Assembly (NCBI GenBank): GCA_028534125.1
Contig: CM052832.1
Location: 18,230,001 to 18,294,000 of the forward strand
Reading direction: 5' to 3'
DNA: 64,000 nt
From: Lama glama
Lineage: Eukaryota
The translations under genes were made by a program, and so were the position numbers. This document shows, piece by piece, positions 25,401-36,788 of the stretch; position 1 is the first letter of the stretch; each line of letters begins with the position of its first letter. The notes under the pieces were generated by a model. The model was given only the letters and a program-made list of their open reading frames with translations, had not been told where the DNA came from and did not search any database.

Positions 25401-28400
25401 CTGAAGCCTTGCCAAATTCCCCCTGGCCAAATTCTTACTCATTTTCTTTATGCGGCCACCAGGCTTAGTATATAATTTCCATGTCAGTCACTCTCACTAC
25501 AACTAATATTGGGGGAAAGGGAAAGAAAGCAAAATTAATATTTATCAAGAGGGATGGATTGTGCCAGTGGTTTCATAGGTGCATATATCTATCAAAACTC
25601 ATCAAAGTGTCATCTGAAATATGTGTAGTTTACTGTACAGAAATCATACCATAATAAAGGTATTAATACAAACAAACAAAAAACAAACAAATGAACAAAC
25701 AAAAAGAATGAGATGGCCACATGTTGTAGTTTCCTGGGCAGTCCTAGCTTATTCCAGTGGTTTCTGTGTAGTTACTGTCAGTGCCTCCCCTCACTCTCAA
25801 AAGTGTACAGTATGAATGATAAACTCTATGTCCCCTATCAGGACCCCGTCTTGGTGCTGTGTTAGACAGGACTTCACTTTGAATCCTCTCAATGAGCCCC
25901 AGAGGTGCTCACCCTCTCACTTCATTCTGCTTTTGTTCAATTGCCATCTTTTCAGTGAAGCTTCACCTGACCATTCTATGTATAATTCCCTTACCTCCAT
26001 GCCCCTCTTCACTTTTAGTCTCTTCCCTGCTTTTTCTACTGTACTCATCACCATCTGATATAAAATACAGTTTAATTATTTCATTTATTGTTCTCTGCAC
26101 CCTCCAGAATGTGAGTTCCATGAGGGCAGGGATCTTTATGTAATTTGCTCACTGATTTCTCCTCAGTTTCTAGAACAGTAACTTCAACATTGGAGATGCT
26201 TGTTAAGTATTTATGGAATGAATTTATGAATGTCTGTGATGAGAGGGAGCCCAAGGAGAAATTTTCCCATTCTGATTTTGATATCAGCAATTCATTTTTT
26301 TTAACTTCTTCGCTTTACAACTACTTATTAAATACCTACTAGGTGCTAAGCAACTTGCTAGATGTTGCAGACACATAGTTGTAAATAATTGCTAGTGTTC
26401 TCAGGTCCTGATTGGTTCTGATTGTGTTTTGGACTATAACACTTTAAAAGAATGTCTAGTGGGAGGTGGGTGGTTTATTTCAGTGGTAGAGCGCATGCTT
26501 AGCATGCATGAGGTCATGAGTTCAAGTCCCAGAACCTTTATTAAAAAAAAAAAAAGAATGTCTAGTAACAAAAACCTGAAAGGGTATTTTTTCAGTGCTA
26601 TCTATAAAAATTTTCGGTTCACCTGGGCACATGGTTAGGCTTGTATTTCCCTCTCCTGTACAGTTAAGAATAACCATGTGACTTGCTTTGGTCAATGAAT
26701 TGTTAAGTATAAATAACGTGTAGCACCTCCCAGATAGAAGCTTTATGAGCCAGTGGGTGATTTGCTGGGCTCTCTTTCCCTCTGCTAAGGTGAACCACAA
26801 AGCTCCAGGGGGTTTTGTATGAAGTAGAGCCCCACCTGACTCATGAAGGATTTGTTGCTTCAATTAGAAATAGACCTTTGTTGTTTTAACCTACTGAGAT
26901 TTGAGGGTTGCTTGTTACCAGCATATGACCTCACTTCCCCTGACTAACGCATACATCAAAGATGTTTAAAAGCACGGACTGTTAAGAAGCTCATGGGGAA
27001 AGGTTAAAAACAAACAGCTCTCAGGTTTAGAATAGAGATAGCTCAGGCATGATGTGATGCCCACTTACAGCTTGATGGAGCAGATTCACTTAGTCATTCA
27101 ATAATATTTGTTGAGCATGTATTATGCTCTAGGTTCTGGTCTAGTGATGTAGATACAGCAGAAACAAAATAGAAAATAATACTTTATGAAGTTTATGTTC
27201 TAGTGGAAGAGACATAATAATCAAGACAAATAAAGAAAATGCATATTATGTAAGAAGGTGATATGTGCTGAGGAGAAAAGTAGGGAAGCATGGTGAAAAA
27301 GGTCAAGGATGGTGTTTGATCTTCACAGTCATGGAAAATGATTTACTAGAAAGCAGAAATGGATTCAAGTCACATGTAAGGAACTTCTCTTTAGACTTAA
27401 TGAAAAATGTACAGAGCATCATGTATAACTGGGGAGAGTGTTTATTGGTACAAACACTTGGGAAAACAAATCTGTAGTATCTAATAAGGATGGAGATAAA
27501 TATTTCTCAGCCCTTCCACTCCTTCTAGTTTCCGCTGGGGATTTTAAGAAGGTGCATTTTGCTGACTGAACTCTATCCCAGCAAAATTCGTATGTTGAAG
27601 ATCTAACGTCTAGTAACTTAGAATGTGACTGTATTTGGAAAGAGGGCTTTAAAGAGGTAATTAAGTTAAAATGAGGCTGTTAGAATGGGCCCTAGTGCAA
27701 TCTGACTGGTGTCCTTATCAGAAGAGGAGATTAGGACATACAGAGAGAGACACCAGGGATGTGCACCCACAGAGGAAAGGCCACGTAAAGACACAGAGGG
27801 AAGACAGGGTGGGGACACAGTGAGAAGGTGGCCAGCTGCAAACCAAAGAGAGAGGTCTCGGGAGAAATCAGCCCTGCCGACAGCTTGATCTTGGACTTCC
27901 AGCCTCCAGAACTGTGAGAAAATACATGAAATGACACACCTGCCACCATCAGGTGTATGATGGCCTCGTCGTAAGATCTGCCTTCTTGGAAATAACAGCG
28001 GTAGATGCCGTTTTCGTTGGCGGTGACGTTGTGTATGATCAGCACCACGCTCCCCTTGCTGATATCTTTGCTCACAAAGGTTGTTCTTCCCCGGTACTCC
28101 TCCATCTGCTCCTCCGTTCTCTCTCGCCGGCCCTTGTACACGAACACTGCAGGGGAAAACTGAGACCGGAACCACCGCACCTCCATGTCCTCAGCGTTTT
28201 TCTCAGGTGACAGGTGGCACTGTAACTTGGTGTTCTCTCCCACCATGGCCAGGATTGGATCAGCTGGCCCCAGGACAGTAAACTGGGCTGTTCAACAAAA
28301 CAGTAGAATCAGGCGAGTGTACCAGCCATCAAACTATCTAAGGCAGGAAAGGAAGTGGATATTCGGGAGCGAAAGACATGTTCTTTCTAAGTCCACAGGG

Positions 28401-29661
28401 GCTTCTTGGGCTGAGGATTCTGAGGGCCAATGGGTGTGGCTGGTGGGTAACAACAGATACCTAATAGGGGTACCTATCGAGGGTGCTAATGCTTCATGAA
28501 CAAAATATTGAGAAGCATACCCTGATCACCCTCTACTGACTGTGCTTACAGAGGTTTTCTTCTATCTCCCAGTCTAGCACCGTGCCTGGATTATAGCCTA
28601 AACTTGAGCTGTCCAATAAGATAGCCACTAACTAGTCCCCAGCTGAAGTATGCTGTAAATGTAAATATATACGATTTGGAAAATTCAGAATAAAAACATG
28701 TGAAATATTTTATCGTTACTATTTTATATTAATTAAACATTTAAATAATACTACTTTGGTTATTTAGAATTAAACACAATATACTGTTATAAAAAAGAAT
28801 GAAATAATGCCATTTGCAGCAACATGGATGGTGCTAGAGATTATCATATTAAGTGAAGTAAGTCAGACAGAGAAAAACAAATATCATACGATATTACTTG
28901 TATGTGGAATCTAAAAAAAAGGGATACAAATCTTACTTAAAAACCAAAAATAGACTCACAGACATAGAAAACAAACTATGATTATCAAAGGTGAAAGGGT
29001 GGAGGAGGGATAAATTAGGAGTTTGGGATTAACAGATACATATGACTATACATAAAAGAGATAAACAACAAGGACCTACTATATAGCACAGGGAACTGTA
29101 TTCAATTTCTTGTAATAACGTACAACGGAAGAGAATCTGAAAAAAATGTATGCATATGTATAACTGAATTGCTTTGCTGTACACCTGAAACTAACATTGT
29201 AAATCAACTACACTTCAATAAAAGACGAAATTAAAAAATATATATATTTAAAATTTATCTCACCTGTTTCTTTTTTAAAAGTACCTCGTGCTTGTTAAGC
29301 GGATGTTTCACCACTAAGCTATATCCCCAACCTCCTCTTTACTCTTTTAAAAGTAGCTACTAAGAATTGTTAAGTTCTATAGATGGCTCGCCTTTGTGGC
29401 TTTGGTTGGATTCCTACTGGAGTGCGCCGGGATAGGGATAAATTCCATGAACGTGTGCAGAATGGAAGGGTGAGTGAACACAACCGCAGCCGTTCTTCAT
29501 GCTTCCTCTTTGCAGACTGAAGTGTTGGATTTTCCTTTCTGAGAAACTGATGAGTGCTAGTGGCTTGCACTCCTACCTGAGACCGGTGCCAGCAAGCTGA
29601 GCAGGTGGAAGAAGAGAAGGGAGCTTGGCAGGGAGAAATGCAGAGAGGCAGCCGGCTCCAT
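18843..29661 (-). CDS. BTN2A2: Butyrophilin subfamily 2 member (single BTN2, co-orthologue of human BTN2A1/BTN2A2); spliced CDS 29661-29577, 28287-27940, 23639-23358, 21995-21774, 21091-21071, 20969-20943, 19465-18843; 535 aa
   Basis: All introns GT-AG and phase 1; exon sizes 85/348/282/222/21/27/623 total 1608 nt with no internal stop; SP-IgV-IgC-TM-heptads-B30.2 architecture; A2 vs A1 naming is ambiguous. Confidence 0.92.
20943..21091 (-). CDS. BTN2A2: BTN2 heptad mini-exons: 21 nt (21091-21071, EQLQEEL) and 27 nt (20969-20943, RWRRTLLHA)
   Basis: Canonical AG/GT flanks, phase 1, typical BTN mini-exon peptides. Confidence 0.9.
21255..21535 (+). mobile_element. LINE-1 3' end fragment in BTN2 intron
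   Basis: TTTCTTCTGTATAGCACAGGGAACTATG...GACTGTACTTCAATAAAAAA. Confidence 0.8.
21774..21995 (-). CDS. BTN2A2: BTN2 transmembrane/juxtamembrane exon
   Basis: 222 nt; [40 protein letters not shown]...ERQIK; donor AAG|GTAAAA. Confidence 0.9.
23358..23639 (-). CDS. BTN2A2: BTN2 IgC exon
   Basis: 282 nt; [31 protein letters not shown]...[21 protein letters not shown]. Confidence 0.96.
25224..25310 (+). mobile_element. tRNA-derived SINE (Vic-1-like)
   Basis: A box/B box head, poly(A) tail, flanking TAAAGTAT repeat. Confidence 0.85.
26461..26555 (+). mobile_element. tRNA-derived SINE (Vic-1-like) with perfect 15-bp TSD
   Basis: AAAAGAATGTCTAGT on both sides (26446-26460, 26552-26566). Confidence 0.9.
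27560..27928 (+). mobile_element. MaLR (MLT1-type) LTR abutting BTN2 IgV donor
   Basis: GAATGTGACTGTATTTGGA...GAGGTAATTAAGTTAAAATGAGG...TTGGACTTCCAGCCTCCAGAACTGTGAGAAAATA. Confidence 0.85.
27940..28287 (-). CDS. BTN2A2: BTN2 IgV exon
   Basis: 348 nt; [50 protein letters not shown]...[21 protein letters not shown]. Confidence 0.96.
28788..29240 (+). mobile_element. LINE-1 3' end fragment
   Basis: AAGAATGAAATAATGCCATTTGCAGCAACATGGATG...CAACTACACTTCAATAAA. Confidence 0.88.
29577..29661 (-). CDS. BTN2A2: BTN2 signal peptide exon ([28 protein letters not shown])
   Basis: ATG at 29661, donor CAG|GTAGG; resembles human BTN2A2 MEPAAALHFSLP... Confidence 0.9.
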
Positions 29662-30190
29662 AAGATGAGTCACCCGGGAGAGGCAGGGACCGAAGGCCTA
29701 GGGAGACGTGGAGAATCAGCCAAGGAGATTGGCATCACAGTTCTGATCTAGGTCAAAATTTCCTGTAACTCTTGTTGGTATCATCAGCACCCCAGCTTCT
29801 GTCTTGGGCAGTCCCCTGCCTCTCCCAGTTCAGGTATCTACCGGTAGATTGATTCACTAAACATTCCATGGAGTAAGCCAACAATACAACGATCGGGAAG
29901 GCAGTTTTCCTCCTTCCTCAGCTCACTTCTCTGGCCAGAGTTGAGTTTCTTCAGATGTCATTTGATATTCTTCCATGCCCTCCCCCCTTTGCCTTCCTCC
30001 TACCCGCGGATCAGGCTTGACCCCGGGTCAAGCCAGTGGTGGAGAGCCATCCGCCCGCCCCAGCCCCAGAAGTATCCCCTCGGGCGGACCCCTCCTTTCG
30101 CCTCATCAGGTTCTGTTCCTCCCGCCTACCGCGCCCACACCCCCAACCCCCATCTCACCCCAGCGGTAGCAGGTCCCCTCCCTTTCTTAC

Positions 30191-30280
30191 CTTGTAGAAC
30201 TAACTTCCTGCGTTTTCTTTTCTTCTCTGACGCTCAAATGATGATTTTCCGGTTGTTCCTCTTCCTCTAAACCCGCCTGT
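30191..30280 (-). other. Probable non-coding first exon of BTN2 in a CpG-rich promoter
   Basis: Strong donor AAG|GTAAGA at 30191/30190; CpG-rich 30000-30390; ETS-like GGAA motifs; 5' boundary approximate. Confidence 0.6.
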
Positions 30281-30454
30281 GGGCACAGTCTCAGCCACAC
30301 CAGACCCTCCCAAAGCGGAGAAAAAACTTTTCTTCGCCCCCGGGTTAGTCGCGGCGTGGGGGCTGCTGGACCTTGGACCCGGCCCACTCGCTGATCACAA
30401 AGTCACAAGATTTCCAATGAATGATTTAGAGCCAGCTATGTATGGGTCAGCCAG

Positions 30455-30494
30455 CCAATGGCATCCCTGAGCTACTTTCTCACCAGTTGCTGGG
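30455..30494 (-). promoter_or_regulatory. MHC-type X1/X2-Y module in BTN2 promoter
   Basis: Minus strand CCCAGCAACTGGTGAGAAAG...GCCATTGG: RFX X box followed by ATTGG Y box at MHC-like spacing. Confidence 0.7.
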
Positions 30495-31254
30495 TAGAGT
30501 ACACAGAAACGATTTAGAAATTAAAATCGCACAGCTGTGCAGAGACTTTTTTTTTTTAATTCCTTTTTCTTTTTTTTTTTTTTTCAGGAGAGGGATACTT
30601 TTTATTTTCTTTGAAAAGCCTTGAAATTCCTCACAGATTGTGGTGTTGCTACTAATCACCAGGAGAGGCCTGGTGTGTACAATGCTTGGGTTGAGGGTGT
30701 GCAGAGGTGATGGGGTAAACATAAGCATATCTCACAATTTTACCTGTTTCTTAGTCCTGGGTGGCATGGAGCCCAGTTGTCCACATGATAACCAACTGAT
30801 TTATGTTCACTGTATGTCATTCTTTACTTAGTTGGCTTTTCTTTTCTTTCTTTTTTTTTTAATTTATTTTTGAACCTGGATTTCCTAGGATCACTTCTCA
30901 AATAGACAATCTGACCCCAAGTCCTTGACTCAGTCAGCTTTGGCGGAAATCCAACTAAGAGATGGGATTAGGTAGAATTTTCACCACACAGCAATAACAG
31001 TGAGAACTGTCTTTTCTGCAAAAGGACCCTCTGACATATATGCCTGGGTCTAGTAAGTGAATGAAGGGCTACAGGTAAAATTTCCGAAAAGTCACTCTCA
31101 CTGAGATTCACAGGAATCTACAATCATGGGGGCTCTTATATAGAGGATGGAGAGGTCTCCTTCAGAGGGAGTGAGGCCATGACTATGTGTGGTAGGCTGA
31201 AGATTCACACCGGAACCTTTACAACCTGTGCTGCCTGCAGACACCTTGATTTTA

Positions 31255-31546
31255 CTTATTTATTTCTTTAAAATTTATTTTTTATTGAAGTATAGTTGAT
31301 TTACAGGGTTGTATCAGTTTCTGGTGTACAGCAAAGTGATTCAGTTATATATATATAAAACTTTTCAGGTTTTTTTCCCTTATAAGTTATTACAAGATAT
31401 TGAATATCGTTCCCTGTGCTATATGGTAGGTCTTTGCTTTTTTTATCTGTTTTATGTATATAGTAGTGTATATGTTAATCCCAGACTCCTAATTTATCCC
31501 CCTCCCCACCCCTTTCCGCTTTGGTAACCACAGTTTGTTTTCTATG
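31255..31546 (-). mobile_element. LINE-1 3' fragment inserted in an MLT1-type LTR, 18-bp TSD
   Basis: GCAG(A/G)CACCTTGATTTTA at 31237-31254 and 31547-31564. Confidence 0.85.
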
Positions 31547-32872
31547 GCAGGCACCTTGATTTTAGCCTGGTGAGACTCATGTTGGACTTCTGACCTACAA
31601 AAATGCGAGGTAATAAATTTATTTTCTTTTAGGTCATGAAATTTGTGATAATTTATTACGGCAGCAATGGACAACTAATACAATAAAGATTTGGGGAAAA
31701 TGTGGCAGCGAGGTAAATTGTGAACCTGTGGTGGGTAATCTGTAGGGGCTTAAAGTCTAGAAAAGGCTCAGTTGAAGAGTGAGGATTATTAACAAGTTTA
31801 TTTAACAAATGTAACTTGACGACCACATGCCAGGTAGCGGGGATACACTGGTCAACAAAATAGTGCTGATAATGAAGAGTAACTTCTGCCCAGTACCCAT
31901 CAGCTGCAGAGAATATCAGTTAACATCAAAACTGAGCAGGGGTGGAAATATCTCTTTCCTGGAGATGGAGTCCACAGTGTGATAAAAATATCACTAAAGT
32001 TCATCTAACTTCATTCCTCCCAAATCCTTGTTCCACAGACAATCTTTATGTATTAAGTTACGCTTTCTGGAGACCTGGAACGTAGGAGGATTGGTTCTGG
32101 CTCCCGGATCACACATCACATTGACAGGGTGGGAGTGGGGGCACATATGCCCTTTAGTAGTTAAGACTTGGCCTTTATTCCCTTTGCCTTCCTGCGTGGT
32201 GCAGTCACTGTGAATTGATTCTCCAGACCGAGTCACCCTGCAGAGTGGATCCAATAAAGCGATATACCTATGGCTCTGACAATTGACCTTGAAGCAATCA
32301 AGTTGGGTGTGGCCTCCATAGTCACCTATTACAATCCTGATCCTAGGGTGCCCTGGGAAGGGGAGCTCAGGGCTGCGCATGGTTCCTGTCCCTCAGGGGC
32401 AATTGGGCTGGAAAACAAGTTAGAGGGTAGAGGATGGGTGGAGATTGGGTCCAGGGGCCAAACCTCTTCCAGCAGCACAAACTTTCTGATGAATTATATA
32501 AATTACTTCACTTGGCCCTGCCTCAGTTTACACACTTGCAAAACGAGGTGATATCACAGCGTTGTTGTGAGGATTAAATGAGTGAAATTCATTTAAAGCA
32601 TTGAGCACAACACCCAGTACATTTTAAGTCACCTGTAAATGTTGTTAGTTATTATTTGGATCCCAGCTGTCATTCACTAGCTGAGTGACCTTTGGAAAGT
32701 GAATTCACTTTTCTGCACCCCAGTTTCTTTCTCCATATGAAAGAGACAAGAAAGTGGTATCTAGTCAACTGTCCCTATGGAATAAATACTTGTATTCATA
32801 TTAGTGGAATGCTTCACACAGTGTGTGCCTTTAGGATTTTATGGTTGTGATTTGTTGCTGTGAAGGAAGAGG

Positions 32873-33528
32873 CTAGGCAGGGACAAGCAAGGATGTTACT
32901 TCAGCCTGAGGTTCCCCATTCTCATCAGCTGGGCCCACCGCCACTGTGTTCTCCAGGGAAAGGTCGGGCACTAGGTCAGGAACAATGGAACTCCCCTCTC
33001 CTGTCAGTGCTGGGCAAATCGTCAAGGCTGTGGGCTCCAGTGTCAAAATTCTGAAAACAGGCCACAGAGGCCCGGAGAAGAAGGTGTGTGGAAAGGTGTA
33101 GATATGAGATCCATCCATGGCGTTGTAGAAGGAGACCTCACCAGTCTCATAGTCCAGGAAAACCCCTACTCTTTGAGGAGGGTTGGCAACTGTCAGTTTG
33201 GTCCGGGGGTCAGAGAGAGCCCGATATTTACTCCCATCAGTCAGCCCCACGGTCCAGAAGCCATTCTCGGGTGTCATTTTCACCCAACACTTTCTCTCCA
33301 CGTTCTCCTGGCACACTCTGATATGCCACTCTTTCCTGTCCCCAACCTCCACCTCCCAGTAATGTCTCCCTGATGTGAAGCTTTTGCAGCCAAGCACACA
33401 GTAATGCCAATCAAATCTCTCAGGGTTGTCTGGCAGATTCTGTCGTTTGTCTGCCCGCTGCAGGCTCCTCTGGTCATTAGAAACAAGGAGGATGGGGTTT
33501 GCTGTGTTTGGATCCAAAATCACATCCG
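32873..33528 (-). CDS. BTN3A3: BTN3 B30.2 terminal exon with BTN3A3-like tail
   Basis: [17 protein letters not shown]...[10 protein letters not shown]...[16 protein letters not shown]...[10 protein letters not shown]...[14 protein letters not shown]. Confidence 0.95.
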
Positions 33529-34059
33529 CTGCAGAAAGTTTGGGGATGGGGTCAGCCATGGTTCCTAGATCTCAGAGCTTCAGCCTGCAAGGTCTGGGTC
33601 TGGTTGAGGAAGCCCAAGTCCAGGACCGGGTGTCCCCAGCCTGCCCTGAATGTGACCCTCTCAGCAATATCAAAAGCCCCAGGCGTCTTGTGTTCAGTGG
33701 GAAAGAGGAGGGTGATGACAGTCAGGGTCTGCTTAACTGATAACTGGAACTGGCTCCTTCTTTCTACCTTTTTCTGGTTTCCCTCCCCAAAGTGACTCTG
33801 CCCACCTGTGCTTCACAGGCACGTAGGTTTACATTTGAGTCCTTGCTCTACCACTCATGAGATGAATGTCTTTTCCTTTTCTCTTTTCCCATAGACCCAA
33901 GCTATATAATATCTTCGAGCCTCAACTTTCTTATCTGAAAAATGGGGATAAATGTACTAATCTTTAGGGTAGGAAGACAGCACATGTTGTGTATTTGACT
34001 CAGGGCCGGGTGCAGAGGAAGTGCCTGATGCTATAGTGCTACCGTGCCTCTTCTGTGCT

Positions 34060-34640
34060 AGTGGCCATGCTGGGGGCTCTATGTGCTTTCAGACCCATTG
34101 TCCATCTTTCTCCACCCTCTTCTGGGCCCTGGGAATCTGTCCTCTATGGACAGCATCACTGGGCTCCTTTGCCTCTGGTCACCTGTTGGGTTTGGCCAAT
34201 GGGAGGTACTAGCTGAAGACTGGAAGGAGAAAGAAGAAAAGCACAGCATATATTTCCCCCACTTCCTCCCTGTGAGCATCAGATGGTGATGCTCTAACAA
34301 AGGCCTGACTTTTCCTCAGACAGCCCTCTCCTGAATAGAGCCTCTTTTTCCTTCTTCTGCAGCCACAGGAAATAACCAGCCCCTGTGAGGAGCAGCAGAC
34401 AGACAGGCAGGGTCCCCACGAAGAGCTACAGTTTCCTCTGGGCTGCACCCTCTCCTTATCTGCTCTTCAAGCTTACAGGGGGTGACAGGTCCCCACTGTC
34501 GTGAGCCCTTCGGGACTGCATATTCCTTTGTTGATTCCCCTTTATTCTCTCTCTTGCCTTTGTGAATAGTTCCTTCTTTAAACACTCTTCAACCACCCAT
34601 TTTGAATATATCGTCTCTTTCTTGCTGGTTTTTTGACCAA
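34060..34640 (+). mobile_element. Old ERVL-type LTR (LTR33/LTR16-like) in last BTN3 intron
   Basis: GGGTTTGGCCAATGGGAGG motif and 3' TTTGTGAATAGTTCCTTCTTTAAACACTCTTC...; boundaries approximate. Confidence 0.5.
34333..34424 (-). repeat. Intronic copy of BTN3 TM-exon sequence (source 36862-36953)
   Basis: 92-bp ungapped match with 3 mismatches, same orientation. Confidence 0.95.
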
Positions 34641-35127
34641 CGCATCTTCATTAGCTCATTTAGTTTTTCCCTCAACTCTCACATAATAGGAATTAGAATC
34701 ATGATCTACAAACGAGGAGGCTGAAGCTCAGAAACATCAAGTAACTTGAGGACACAGGGGCAGGAGGCAGCATACAGAGCTTGGGAAAGGAAAAGATCCT
34801 TGAGCATTGCTGTCTCTCTTTGGTCATGTCACATCCCCACTCCCTCTGCGGCATTAGTTCACTTCACCTGTCCTTCCCCTCCTTCTATCCCTGATGCCTC
34901 TTCCTTCCCATAAAGATCTGGGGAAGCCCAGGAGAGCAATTCTCCCTGATTCTCTCGGCTCTCATCCCTGGAGATGGGGACAGCTTTGAGACCGAGACCT
35001 CAAGCTACCTACTAGGAACTCTCCCAGCCATGGGGACTTGTCATCCCAGAATCTCAAGACTTGGAGAAAAAAAGGGAATCAGATCCCTTGGGTTGTTGTC
35101 TTAGAGGACATACAGCGATCCACTTAC

Positions 35128-36608
35128 CAGGTTGGAAGAGGGCCTTCTTCCACTCTGAAAAAAAGGACACACAATAAGGAAAGGTCATTAATTCTGTCTT
35201 ACCCCCACCCATCTCCTTACCAAGCCTTTTCTGTCTCCCTTCTTTCAGTCTCTTCAAATGTCCAACAGCTCAGGCACAAAACCTCTCAAAAATGGTAGAC
35301 TTCCTTTGTTGCATCAGGCTGGGGCTGTGGTGACATGGCCAGGCTAGGTTAGTCTGGGCGTGTGTGTGTGCCAGCAGGGTCGTGGGTGGCTACAAGTGCC
35401 CAGATGCCGTAACTAAAAGTCCTCTCTGAGGCTCCAGAAAAGCCAGGAGGGTATCCCCCACAGAAAATGAGCCCCTGGGCTAGATCTGAGTACTCCTACT
35501 GGGAACGTCAATGGGTCACACAGAGGGAAAAGATTTAAACACTTAGTACACATGTGCCAGGAAACTCAGAGGCCATCCGGTCACTCACCAGCATAGGCCT
35601 GAGACTTCTCCCCACCTACAATAAAAGAAAGGTAGAGATGTCAACTGAACTCCATCATTTTTGAGTCATTCCCTTTCTCTTCCTTTTACACTCATCTAAT
35701 CCTTCTCTCTGACCATGGTAGCCTTCCTGCCTCCTCCCTGCTCAACTCTCTTCTCTGCTCTCTTCCTTAGTATCAAGTCTGGAACATCATTTGCCACAGG
35801 CGCTGTGGCAGTGCTGGGCGCAGGGCTCAGTGTGTGTACATAGGCACGTATACGTGTCCTAGAGTCCATCTCTCTCCACCTGTGTTATTTCCTGCCTACT
35901 TCTGAAAAGAATCGGGCAACTCAAGGAGGAAATTTGAGATATTATCTTTTAAAACATTTATAGTAAATCTATGATAACTGAGCCACTGTGGCCACTGCAC
36001 TTTTTAAGAGATACTTTTCTCTGTCTTTCTCTGATTTTCTCATTCTTTTAAATCTTACATTCTTTTCTTCTCAGCAGACTGCAGGTTATGTAAAGCAACT
36101 AGTGAGGTTCCTGGTACAGGGAAGGCATGTCCTATAAGAAGTTCCATCCCCTTCCTCCCCGTTTCCTTTAAGTGCGCCCTGAGATATTTCAATGTGCGTT
36201 ACTGGGCTGAAAAGTGTGGATACCTCTCATGGAGGGAGACTGAAGACCTCTTTCTCCAGAAAAAAAAAAAAAGAAAAAAGAAAAACCATGATTTCCACCC
36301 CCACCCCCAGTGCTTTCCCCCAATCAGCCACCCATATTTCTTTCCTAAGGGAAAGGGATCCAGAACATTCCTTAGCCCAAGGCAGAGTTAGGCACCGAGG
36401 AAAAGGGCTGAAAAATATTAGGACAGAGACAGTCTTAGATACAAATTCAGAGAAAATGTCAGAGGCACTCACGAGCCATGTACTGGATCTTTCTCCACTC
36501 TGCAATGGAAGAAAGGTGATGAGTCAGTAAGACGCTCAAGCTGGGATGGGAAGACATGCGTGGGTCCCTGGGGGAATCAGAACTTACTGAGTTCATACTG
36601 GAGTGTCT
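35128..36608 (-). CDS. BTN3A3: BTN3 heptad mini-exons: 36608-36588 (ETLQYEL), 36499-36473 (KWRKIQYMA), 35615-35589 (RGEKSQAYA), 35154-35128 (EWKKALFQP)
   Basis: 21/27/27/27 nt, canonical splice sites; peptides match BTN3A3-type KWRKIQYMARGEKS..EWK.ALF.P. Confidence 0.9.
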
Positions 36609-36788
36609 CTGGAAAATAAGCAGGAAAAAAAAAAAGTACTGTTATGGGGATGGAGGGAGGAGGACCTCTGGAAAATAAACCTTGAAAATGACCCAGTGTC
36701 AGGATGGGTGCATAGGGTGGGGATGAGGCGAGGTCTTCCAGCTCCCTCCTGTAACGTGGGCCTTAGATGCCCGCTGGGGGTCAGATAC

